Assembly: GCA_951406725.2 (NCBI GenBank)
Contig: OX597815.1
Coordinates: forward strand, 71,238,001 to 71,302,000
Direction of reading: 5' to 3'
Source of the DNA: Octopus vulgaris
Taxonomy: Eukaryota
Length of the DNA: 64,000 bases
The notes beneath the pieces are model-generated. The model was not told the DNA's origin, made no database searches, and saw only the letters and a list, made by a program, of their open reading frames with translations. Shown piece by piece: positions 14,555 to 26,461 of the stretch. How positions within the stretch are numbered: the first letter of the stretch is position 1; every line of letters starts with the position of its first letter. A program made the position numbers and the translations under genes.

Positions 14555-14765
14555 TAGTTTCAAATATTAGCACAAGGTCAGCAATTTAAGGAGAGGGAGT
14601 AAGTTGAGTAAGTCGAGCTCAGTGTTTAACTGCTACTTATTTTACCGAGCCCGAAAGGAATGAAAGGCGAAGTCGACCTTGGCGGAATTTGAACTCAGAA
14701 CATAAAGACGAGATGCCGCTAAGCATTTTGCCCGGCGTGCTAACGATTCTGCCAGCTCGCCGCCC
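14555..14765 (-). mobile_element. SINE family A copy
   Basis: Well-preserved reverse complement ...GAATTTGAACTCAGAAC...CCGCTAAGCATTTTGCCCGGCGTGCTAACGATTCTGCCAGCTCGCCGCC. Confidence 0.85.
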
Positions 14766-15195
14766 TCTCTTCGATATATATTGAGTACTTTTAACACAAA
14801 CATGTCTATAAGATGCATGGCCTAGTGGTTAGGGTGTCGCACTCATGATCAGTACATCGTGGATGCTGTGCTCTTCATTTGATGTTGCTCTAGTGTTGTG
14901 TGGGGACCGGCATGTCAAAAGAATAGACCCAGCATTTCGTATATGTATGATGTATGGCGTATGTATGCCATAGTGGTTGTAATACTCGTTTTACATCGTT
15001 TGTTTTTACTCCTGTTTTACTTCGTTTTATTCTCTCCATCTCTCGCCTATCTTTCAGAAGAGTGAATGCTCGAAACGTTAAAGACATTTTCTTCTTTGTT
15101 TACTCATTTCTTGGAAATCAAATTAATACCAATTCTGTTTATTTTTTACCGACTATTTCTGTTGTAGTTTTCGCGTATATATATATACTCTTATG

Positions 15196-15267
<72 letters not shown>

Positions 15268-15577
15268 CATGTATTTATATATATATTTTATTTTGGGATT
15301 TGGTTTGCAAGATTCTTTATGTGAGTTCATGTGTTGGGGAAAATGACTCTCCCCAGATTTAACAGTTGAGGAAAATTACTCTCCCCAATTTATATATATA
15401 CGCGCAGGCGCACACACACACGTTTCCCAAAGAGTAGCCATGTTGTATTTTGAGCATGACTGAGTACCTGAAATTATACGGCATGCTATGCAAGCTTGTC
15501 TGACCATTGTATTATCAGAGGTATGAAACTAATAGTGCATCGTATTTGAAATTATATACGTGTATATATGAAATTGA

Positions 15578-15675
<98 letters not shown>
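15578..15675. repeat. (AGAT)n microsatellite
   Basis: Directly visible. Other (ATCT)n arrays lie at 20307-20372 and 21637-21815. Confidence 0.97.
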
Positions 15676-16299
15676 GAAGATAAAGAAGTTAAAATAATCA
15701 AATCAAGACCAAAACTGGCAGATATCGTTTGCTTTGAAGTTAACCTTTATGACATGGCTACAATTTTATATCTCCAAAGAGAAGGCACGTAGTGGAGGAG
15801 GTCAACTATTTCGAGTCAAAGAACTCTGAACTAAAGGGAATGTTTTGTTGCTAAGTAGGTCAATATGTTTGTATGTGAGGACATCACCACTGACACAAAA
15901 TGTCAAACTATATATTTATTTATTTGTTTGCTTATATATCTGTTTAATCAATTTAAATCCGTCTAACGCGGGTAAACTGCGACAGTTATATGTTTCTGTT
16001 AAATCTTGAATGGGTATAATTTTATGATTAGTGGATCCCTAAAATATATTGCACCTCTATCTAGCCTTAATAGTTTTTCGAAGACCATTGATTAAATATT
16101 CTACCTCTCTCTCACTTTCTTCCTCTTTCTCTCTCAGTACAATGCCATGAGTTTTCTGAATAGTCTCTACAACAGCATAAAAGTGATTCCACACCACCTA
16201 TTCATGATAGATTTTGGCCTTATTGGCACATACCACGTCTAACTTGGTAGTACCACCTGAAGTGTGCTTTAAAGAAATAATTTAGGGTATCATAATCAC

Positions 16300-16620
16300 T
16301 CGAGTAAGGAGCTGTTGTTTGCCGAGATGTATTCGGATGTCTGTAACTTATCTGGTATTTCTTGGAGAAATGTGTCTAGGTGTCGTTTGAATGTTATGGG
16401 GATGTCTTTCCTTCTATGATTTCTTTCGAAATAATATTGAATAAGAAGGACCAGTCGAGAAATGCAGTGAGATTTTGTCTCGAAGAAAATTTTCTCTCAA
16501 CAGACTTTGTATAAAAACTCAAATTAAGCTCCAAGTAATGTCAGTAGACTATTAGACACGATGTTTTGGTATAATTTTGCCTCTCCAGTGATAGAAAGCG
16601 TCTCGGCCGTTTGTTGCTAA
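16300..16620 (-). mobile_element. CR1-like LINE ORF2 C-terminal remnant
   Basis: Frameshift-corrected minus translation ~GPSLFNII...FKRHLDTFLQEIPD...ANNSSLLE* resembles the GP.LFN...FK..LD.FL..IPD end of CR1-group ORF2. Confidence 0.55.
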
Positions 16621-17492
16621 GCCGAAACTTTTGTTCGTATGTAAGAAATAGCAAGTAATTTAAATAAATTTGCTCTGTTTGCCGTGGATTGCCAAGCTGG
16701 AATAAATGTAGTGCTAGTTTTTGTTATATTAGAGGATTTTGTGTGTGAAATTTTTTGTTGGTTATCTGTTAGACTAACTATAAGCATATACGCATTTCTG
16801 GAGGATATTAGGAGTATTGTAAATGATATTTCATGGTTGAATGGTTTTTGTTAATGTGTTTTGACTTCTGTTTTGGTGAAGAATAGAGACTTTTAGGGTT
16901 TCTTTATAGAGGGAGATTTAGTGTGGCTTCTTGAATTTGTTAAACTAAATAAATATAGACTTTTATATATTTCATTAGAGACTCTAAGAACGTGATTTTT
17001 TAACTCTTGATTTTTAAGGTATGATTCCTTGTTAGTGTGCGTGTATATGTATGTATACGTACGTGTATGTATATATATGCACATATGTATGTATATATTT
17101 GCATATATTTACATATATATATATACATACGGGCATATGTTTGTGGTGTCCGTTACAAACCAATCAATATAATATATTGAAAATGCGTACCTTCCTGACA
17201 TAATGTTATGTATGTATGTATGCATATATATCTACCTACCTACATATATATACACTCACACACACACATATATATATTACACGGACACACAGAGGCATAC
17301 ACAGACACACACACGCGCGCGCGCAACACACACACATACATAAAGATATCTTTAAAGAAAATAGAAGAGACAGAATAAAAATACACCTGTTGGGCGAGTA
17401 GATACGAGTAGCCCGAGGTAAAACTAACGAAGTTTTCTTGAAATAAATTTCGATATATATATGTATTTCTAAGTTTGTGTTTGTTTGTAACT

Positions 17493-17577
<85 letters not shown>

Positions 17578-17669
17578 TGCACCTACGCATACACGAATGA
17601 TATTATGATTCCCTGATATTTGCAAACTTCGTGACATCATCAGCTGTTCTTCCCTCGAGGAAGAATCAC

Positions 17670-17974
17670 TAACTATTATCGACAAGGAATGTAAAATATC
17701 ATAAATGAAAGTCGACAACCGAAGTACACAAGCAACTAACAGGTCAATGAAAAGGCCTCTATAATGCTGCTAAAACTAGCAGCCAAATGTTCTTTGAATT
17801 ACACCTCACAGACCTAGAACACTTGCAATAATGTGTTGACATGTCTTGTTACTTCTATGCGGGTGGTCCCAACACTTCGGTCACAGTCACATTTCAGCTT
17901 CTGTCCCACAAGGGTGTTGGCGCCTACCTCTGCAAAATATGAATGAAAGGCGACAATGGAAGTAATACCGACAA
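17670..17974. repeat. Left arm of a 305-bp inverted duplication (partner 19604-19908)
   Basis: Reverse-complement match read by eye, with ~7 mismatches. Confidence 0.95.
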
Positions 17975-18950
17975 CAGGTTAAACTAGCAGCTTTGAAATC
18001 ACACCTTAACGATTGACGAAAGAAGGGCAACTGCAATAATGTATCAGCAAGCTTTGCACCTCTTCCACTCGTATATTCCTCCATCCCTCCACCCACAGCC
18101 ATGTTCCTGTTTCAGACTCACAAGCGTACTGTCTACTCTCTATCTGTGTCCATTTGTCTGTTCTCCCTCTCTCTCTTTCACCCTCTCTCATTCTCTCTCT
18201 CTCTTTCTCTTTCTCTCTCTCTCTCTCACTCTCTCTCTCTCTGCTTCTTAAACTGCTACTGCATTGACTGTTGGCTAGTCTCATACCTCGTCCACTTAGG
18301 TGCCATCGACCTACTCACCATTCTTCCTCTCGCCACCTTTGTTGTACCCACCACTCCAGGCTACACACTGACCATTACACCCAATCCTTTCTACACAAAA
18401 TATCGCCCCCCTGTAATCTCCTCCCTGAACACATCTTTCTCTTAGTTATTGACTTAACAACAGTATAAACAGAACAATCTCTCTGAACAGGGAAGGCCTT
18501 GCAAAATACAGGGGAACAGCCATTCTCTCTAGATATAGCAAGTAGAATAAGAAAATGTGGTCTTGTATGTACTGTATCATAGGAAAAGACAGGATGTTCA
18601 CAGCTGGTAAGGTTTGTGAACTGGTGTTCAACAATAATTTAATAAAATCAATTCTAAATGTTCTACCCTAGACAGGAAGGGAAGTTACCAAACTAAGACG
18701 TTGATCTCAACAACAATTAGCCAAACGGAAAATAGTACAATAAACTACTAGAATGTGGTCGAATACAATATATATGAGTATTCGACATAGTGCTCTCAGA
18801 CATAGCAAAAGGGTTTGGCTAGTCCTGTTCGATCAGTGCTTATCAGAGGGCAATTAACAATAGCAGCAAGTGTACAATCGTTATTACTATTGGTTTCAAG
18901 CAGTTTTGCAATTGTGTACTATCTAAAAGAACCAACGAGAGTCAAGCATC

Positions 18951-18995
<45 letters not shown>

Positions 18996-19080
18996 TGATT
19001 TTGATTTTTGATTTTTCCAGTTTTAGCTCATGAGCTGTGGCCATGCTGGGGCACCGCCATTTTGTATATGTAATTATAAT

Positions 19081-19170
<90 letters not shown>

Positions 19171-19603
19171 TTTAATAAATGCCCTGAAGCAGTACCAAGT
19201 AGTGACTCTCATGGCATCTGATCTTAACTGATTGGAAGTGTTATCATGTAGATTGTTTTGTCTTGGCATAAAAGATGGCCTACAGCAAATATTCTGTAGA
19301 TTTGAGTTCAGTCCTACTGCGCAGCACTTTGGGCAAGGGTCTTCTGCTATTGCCCCGAGCACACCAATGCCCTGTGAAGGAATTTGGTAAATGGAAACTG
19401 TACGGAAGTCCATCGTATATATATGTGTGTGTGTATGTATGTGTATGAATGTATGTGTATATATTTCCGTTTGTATTTGTCTCCCACCACCACACACACA
19501 CACTGCCGCTTGATAACACGGTTTTGGGGTATTTTGGTTCGATAAATAAGTACGATAAGTGAAACACTAGATTTTGAAAAAAAAAATGTAATGTTTAATC
19601 AAT

Positions 19604-19908
19604 TTGTCTGTATTACTTCCATTGTCGCCTTTCATTCATATTTTGCAGAGGTAGGCGCCAACACCCTTGTGGGACAGAAGCTGAAGTGTGACTGTGACCG
19701 AAGTGCTGGGACCACCCGCGTAGAAGTAACAACACATGTCAACACATTATTGCAAGTGTTCTAGGTCTGTGAGATGTAATTCAAAGAACATTTGGCTGCT
19801 AGTTTTAGCAGCATTATAGAAGCCTTTTCATTGACCTGTTAGTTGCTTGTGTACTTCGGTTGTCGACTTTCATTTATGATATTTTACATTCCTTGTCGAT
19901 AATAGTTA
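19604..19908. repeat. Right arm of the 305-bp inverted duplication, inserted into a SINE tail
   Basis: Reverse complement of 17670-17974. It interrupts a family B SINE tail, with ATTTGT at both junctions. Confidence 0.95.
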
Positions 19909-20146
19909 TTTGTTCGACCAAACTCTTCAAGGCTTGCCCAAACATGATCACAGTCCGATGACTGAAATAAGTTAAAATATATAACCTTTCTTTTCCTCAA
20001 AGTTCTCGCCTTTCATTCGCGATTTATCCACAATGCATTCCCACATTAAAATATCATACGTTCTTCTTTTGAGTGACAGGGCTGTGGGTATTTGATGGTA
20101 TTTTTTAACTTGTTGTTGTTATTGTTGTTGCTGCTGTTGTTTTTGC

Positions 20147-20178
<32 letters not shown>

Positions 20179-20304
20179 TGTTATTGTCCTTTCTATGTAA
20201 AAGGGCATTTAGCTATTGACCGTAAAATGTCGTTAGTAGCATTTTCTGTGAGCTATGAAAGAAAAATCATGGATTTTGATTTTAATTCTTTTTTCTATCA
20301 ATCA

Positions 20305-20372
<68 letters not shown>

Positions 20373-20386
20373 GTTTGCATATATAC

Positions 20387-20419
<33 letters not shown>

Positions 20420-20591
20420 TACACATACATGTATGTGTATCGCCAGCTGAGGGATAATGTAGTAAGCAATGAAGTGTACAGGAAAGAAAAACACTTTACA
20501 ACCCCAAGTATACACTATAAAATAAATGTATATATATATATATATATATATATATGCATGCCTAAGCATATATATATATATGCATGCCTAA

Positions 20592-20627
<36 letters not shown>

Positions 20628-21059
20628 TTATATATTTGTACGTACATACATACATGCATACATACAGGCATATATACATATGTGCATTCACACATACATA
20701 CAAGCATATATGCATGCATGCATACATACATATATACAAACATACATACACATAGATTCATGCTGAGATAAAGGGGCGTAACAAAACCGACTAAAATCAT
20801 TCAATCGGAAATAAAGTGTTTCAACGAACCCACGTCGTTTCTTAGTCGGAAATTGAATCGCATGGCTGCGTCTGAGTTATGTCGTCTCACTGATTGTTAT
20901 TTTTTTTTTTTTGTCTTGTCCTTTTTTTTTCTTTTTGTCTGATGTTTCAAAGTATTAGGAGTGAAATCTTGAGAATGTCTCAAACAGGTCAGTAGGTTGG
21001 ATCCAAATCTTCAACACATTCAACTACTTGATAATTGTTTAAATGTTGCCATTACTATT

Positions 21060-21376
21060 TAAGATTTTGACATTAGTCTTCCTAATACACTGTATTAGAT
21101 TACATGTCTCCAACACACCTATACTCAGGAGATGTCACAGATAACATTTAAGCGTTGGTTCTCTATAACGGAGATAAGGTACCTTCCTAACACACATAGA
21201 CTGAGGCTGTACCACAGATAAGATTTTAGTGTTGGTTTCCATAACGCAGATTAGGTACATTTCTAATACAAATAGACCGAGGAGGTACCACAGATAAAAT
21301 TTTAGTGTTGGTTTCTATAACGCAGATTAGGTAGCTAGCTTCCTAGTACATATAGACTGAGGAGGTATCACAGATG
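21060..21376. repeat. ~78-82 bp minisatellite, about 4 diverged units
   Basis: Recurring ...ATAGAC(T/C)GAGG..GTA(C/T)CACAGATAA.ATTTTAGTGTTGGTTTC.ATAACGCAGATTAGGTA... Confidence 0.85.
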
Positions 21377-21635
21377 CACTGTTAATGTAATAAACGTTAT
21401 TTACGAAAGGTATGAATGTCACACAATCTCATTGCGTTGGTTAAAAATTATATATTTTGCTAAACACTAAATATCTGAACTTTGTTGATTTCCCTGGTCT
21501 CAGGAGGGTTAACTAAATCGATGAAGATTGTACAGAACAAAAATAGGAATCATCGTTAATATTGTTCCTGAGCTTAAAATTATAATGATCGAACTATAAA
21601 TGGGTTTTATGTAACTATGAAATTAATTAGGGACA

Positions 21636-21709
<74 letters not shown>

Positions 21710-21710
21710 G

Positions 21711-21815
<105 letters not shown>

Positions 21816-23256
21816 ACATTTGTGGAACTTCCTTGATTATCTTCACTTATTTTCTGCCTCGAGATAATTATACCAAATTGTGAATATGAAAAGTTGTAAT
21901 TTTTACTCAGTAGCAACATGGCTCTTCGTTAGTTTCGACAGTGAGTACTTAGTTGTTCGATCACATGAATTGCTTGTTCATTGAATTAATATTTATGTGG
22001 CTGAATATTCCGCAAATTTACTTGTAATTCTTTGCCTAATTCTCAGCTCGAATCAGCATGACAGTGGAGTTGGAGCTTCATGCGAACAACAAAATATTGA
22101 TAACACTGCAAGATAAAGGGATATATACCAGCCCTATTAGGAAAATATTTCAGGGAGTCTCTTTATCGCCATTAATTTTCTTTCAATCTCTGATCCCATT
22201 GATCCTGTTACCATTTTTCTATGGAAAAACACTTTGTTTTAATTAATTTTGAAAGTAATGAAGAATTTCCTAAAATATATTTATCATTATTATGTTGGTG
22301 TCTGGAGCTTGAATTATTAAGAAATTTTGATGGAAGTGTAGCGATGTGATGTTCAAGTTTTGGTTGTTTAGCCTTAAATAGTCCCTTTTTGGCTCCAGCA
22401 AGGCTTTTGCTGCGAGTGGTCACATGACCATTCCTGTGCGTGCCGATTGGATGCGTTAAGTCATCCAATCAGACCTTTTCCCACCACAGCCAAAAGTGCG
22501 GTCGTTTTGAGCCTGCAGGTAAATAAGAATTTTTTTGAGTGTGTGTTTTGTCAGTAAGGAAAGGATTGCTAGCAGGATTCTTTGACGCTATTTTTTTGTT
22601 TTTCCAGGGTACATCTTCATCTTCAAGAAGCACAATGAACGTATGTGTTTTATTTGACAGATTTATTCCTGTTATACCAATTTGCCGAATTTCCATTTAG
22701 CGGTGGAATAAATGTTGCAGACAAATTTAGCTTGTATTCGTATTTCTTGATGTTCTTTATCCTGACTTTTATTAAACCTGGAGATATAATACTACCAGAT
22801 TTTTTAGCCTCATTGCACTATTTACAACATCGCTAAAGAATGTTAAAATTTAGATAAATTTATAATAGGAAGTTTGTGTCACAGAACCAGGGTTCATATC
22901 AAGCGGCTCTATATCAAAAGAAATATCTTTATCTTTCATCTTTTACTTCTTTCAGTCATTAGGCTACGGTCCTGATAGGGTCCGCTTTAAATGGCTATAA
23001 GTCGAATTTAATCGACCCCAGTATTTATTTTTAAACCCAGTACTAATTCTGTCGGTTCTTTTGCTGAACTGCTAAGTTGCGGGTAGGTACACAAACCAAC
23101 AATGATAGTAAAACAGTGACGGTGACAAACATAGACACAAAAACACATCCATCCAGCCAGCCAATCATCCATCCATCTACCCATCCATCTACCCATCCAT
23201 CCACCTATCTACCCATCCATCCACCCATACCTCTAATCATCCATCCATGCACTTAT

Positions 23257-24000
23257 CTATAACATAAATCCCGTTCTGTGTGTGCGTGTGTGTGTGCGTG
23301 TGTGTGTGTGTGTGTGTGTAAAAGATTATAACGGCCGTATTTTTCAACTGATTTTCTCCAAACTGGGAACATACTTTACTTATGTTCCAGGGATGGTTTT
23401 AGACTGTTAAAATTTTTCACATAATGAGTAACGGGCCCCCTGCTGTCAGAAAGTACCAGTTCCTGGGTTACATGAGGAAGGGAGGTAACGCTTTGCGAAG
23501 TAACTTTCAGAAATTGTCACCTTTACATCCATTGGTCATAAAAAAAGATTTTAAAATATTGCTTTTTAAATTAGATCACGTGTTTGAAAGTTTAAAAAAA
23601 TATTTACTTTCGGTTTTCTATCGTCAGTAATGTCTATATCTCTCTATCAATCTCTATCTATCTCTATCATTCTATATCTCTCTATCCATCTCTATCTTTA
23701 TATCTATCTCTCTGTATCTGTTTATATCTTATCTACCTATCTATATCTATATATATAAAACTCAACTTGTGTGTCTGTGTGTGTTTCTGTGTGTTTAACT
23801 TCCCGGCACACCTCATCCTAACCAACAAATCGTAGAACCACCAAAAATGGGTCACTTAAAGTTTAGGCAAATGAAAATTGAACTGCGCTATTTCTGTTCC
23901 GAAATTCATCTCGCAAGTGCAAAAATTGATAATGTGTTTGTTTAGGCCTTATCCCATGCATTGAATAGTGAACTTTACTCAGTCAGCTGTTTGACGTGAA
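23257..24000 (+). mobile_element. Two non-autonomous Helitron/Helentron-like (DINE-1/HINE-type) 5' portions
   Basis: Two CTATA..ATAAA starts (~23257 and ~23748), each followed by a GT/GTCT microsatellite. The first continues with CAACTGATTTTCTCCAAACT, the usual layout of such elements. Confidence 0.5.
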
Positions 24001-24107
24001 CTGTGTTCACCACACGTGCAAGCATGCATGAAATATATATATATATATAAATATATATATTGCATGAAATATATATATATACAAATTAGAAAAATAATAT
24101 ATATATA

Positions 24108-24334
24108 TTTCTTTACTACCCACAAGGGGCTAAACATAGAGGGGACAAACAAGGACAGACAAACAGATTAAGTCGATTACATCAACCCAGTGCGAAACTG
24201 GTACTTTATTTATCGACCCCGAGAGGATGAAAGGCAAAGTCGACCTCGGCGAAATTTGAACTCAGAACGTAACGACAGACGAAATACCGCTAAGCATTTC
24301 GCCCGGCGCGCTAACGTTTCTGCCAGTTCGCCGC
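24108..24334 (-). mobile_element. SINE family A carrying a Tx1/L1-type 3' tail
   Basis: Family A head and body. Its tail (minus strand) TGTCCCCTCTATGTTTAGCCCCTTGTGGGTAGTAAAG matches the LINE tails at 30738-30783 and 35111-35157. Confidence 0.88.
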
Positions 24335-24438
<104 letters not shown>

Positions 24439-24658
24439 GTGTTTGTGTGTGTGTGCCTGTGTTTGTCACTGCCACCATTGCTTGACAACCGATGTTGGCA
24501 TGTTTGCATCCCTGTAACTTAGTGGTTCAACAAGAGACCAATAGAATAAGTACTAGGCTAACAAAGAATAAGTCCTGGGATAGATTTGTTCAACTAAAGG
24601 TGGTGCTCCAGCATGGCTGCAGTCAAATGATTGAAACATAAAAGAATAAAAGAATATG

Positions 24659-24712
<54 letters not shown>

Positions 24713-24714
<2 letters not shown>

Positions 24715-25247
24715 ACAAATAATTAAGGAAATTTTTCTTGAATTTTTTGTTACCCTTATATTGATTGATTAATGAATTCTTGACTAATTCTGAAATTTGT
24801 ATCAGCAGTTTATATTTGCTGCGGAGTAGATGGCGCGATTACGGTGAATTCGAAAATTTAGGATATATAGACCCGAGGCTTGGATGGTGTAGCCTCGTGT
24901 ATATATATCTTCCCCCTCTTTTGGCGACTTTGCTGACGAGACAAGCCAAGCGTAAACAGATTTAATTTAATTTAATTAAATTTGATTGCGTGAAATATGT
25001 TGAAACCTTGCAGGGTACAAAGTTTGAAGGGGATAAATGTTTTTATTTCTCCTCTAGTTTCAGAATTACTACTATTTTTGCGGTTTTGAGTTTAGCTGCT
25101 CTTTTCAAGTGAGTCGAACGACCTTCTCAGGATCTTTCCTTAATTACTTGTTGAATATATTATATAGTCTGTGACTATCTCTATTTTCTCACTTGACCGC
25201 TGGTTGCAGAAAATTTTTCTTGAATTTTTTGTTACCCTTATATTGAT

Positions 25248-25251
<4 letters not shown>
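24713..25251 (+). mobile_element. Hammerhead-containing non-coding retroelement 1 (retrozyme / non-autonomous Penelope-like), 482-nt period, in (TA)n
   Basis: 41-bp perfect terminal direct repeat (24729-24769 = 25211-25251). The 5' tag 24713-24731 is an inverted copy of ~25135-25153. Internal type I hammerhead; (TA)n on both flanks. Confidence 0.8.
24926..25024 (+). ncRNA. Type I hammerhead ribozyme
   Basis: Stem I GACTTTG/CAAAGTT; core CTGACGA (24933-24939); stem II GACA/TGTT with a long extension (GCGTAA/TTGCGT, CAGATTTAATT/AATTAAATTTG); GAAA (25002-25005); stem III CCT-TGCA-GGG; cleavage triplet GTA (cut after 25017). Confidence 0.85.
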
Positions 25252-25311
<60 letters not shown>

Positions 25312-25317
<6 letters not shown>

Positions 25318-25622
25318 AATATAAGAGAGTGGTCACTATATGGCTCACTCTAGCACCAGTTAATCCAAAAGGTTTCAACCACGAAAATACATGTTTCCCA
25401 TGAAAGTCAGTACAATTGTTATGTATTTTCGTGGTTGAAACCTTTTGGATTAACTGGTGCTAGAGTGAGCCATATAGTGACCACTCTCTTATATTTATTT
25501 TGTAAAAATATTATAATATGTTATAAAATATTATAATAATCCAGGTTTCTCGTAGCACTAGGCCACTTGGTGTTGAATAGATATACTATTAAATTAGTAT
25601 CTAATTCTCTCACCCTTATTAA

Positions 25623-25628
<6 letters not shown>
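25312..25628 (+). mobile_element. 5'-truncated member of the same (TA)n-targeted family with an 81-bp 5' inversion (perfect hairpin)
   Basis: 25312-25392 is the exact reverse complement of 25421-25501 (28-nt loop). The 3' part (CTAGG.CACTTGGTGTT.AA...CTAATT.T.TCACCCT.ATT) is homologous to the end of element 3. (TA)n on both flanks. Confidence 0.8.
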
Positions 25629-25680
<52 letters not shown>

Positions 25681-25687
<7 letters not shown>

Positions 25688-26461
25688 GCATATTTTGTTG
25701 ATGAAGAAACAATTGTACAACATTAATCCACTTTTTAGTTGTATTTCAATTTCATTACGTTGAGGTAGTGCTATTTCTATGTGGAATTATCGTTGGCGAT
25801 TATACCGGAGGAGCTATTTCTAGCACTAGAGTAAACATATTCAAAGTTAGCTCTCTTATATTTACGGATAAATATGTATTTGTCTCCCTGGTTTATTGTG
25901 CTAGGTCACTTGGTGTTAAAATAAGGGTATTATTGAATTAATACCTAATTTTTTTCACCCTCATTGTTGAATTTATGAATTTGATACGCTGCAGTAAATA
26001 TTACATGCGGTATTCACTTCCACTAAGTCTTAGCATTTGCTTTCGGCGGGGAATTTGTAACTACAACCCTGAATGTAATTGATCAGACCACATAGGTAAT
26101 CGTCGCCCGTGAGGGTCTGATAAATTGCATCGACAAATGTTGCTGATGATTCATAGACAATTATGTGAGTATAATTTGCATATTTTGTTGATGAAGAAAC
26201 AATTGTACAACATTAATCCACTTTTTAGTTGTATTTCAATTTCATTACGTTGAGGGTAGTGCTATTTCTATGTGGAATTATCGTTGGCGATTATACCGGA
26301 GGAGCTATTTCTAACACTAGAGTTAACATATTCAAAGTTAGCTCTCTTATATTTACGGATAAATATGTATTTGTCTCCCTGGTTTATTGTGCTAGGTCGC
26401 TTGGTGTTAAAAAAAGGGTATTATTGAATTAATATCTAATTTTTTTCACCCTCATTGTTGA

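Noticed and set aside
17670-19908. DNA transposon with 305-bp TIRs
   Set aside because: No outer TSD, the interior is unrelated repeats, and one arm interrupts a SINE. Retained instead as an inverted duplication.
21060-21376. CRISPR-like periodic repeat
   Set aside because: Whole ~80-bp units are homologous, with no unique spacers and no cas genes, in a eukaryotic context. It is a minisatellite.
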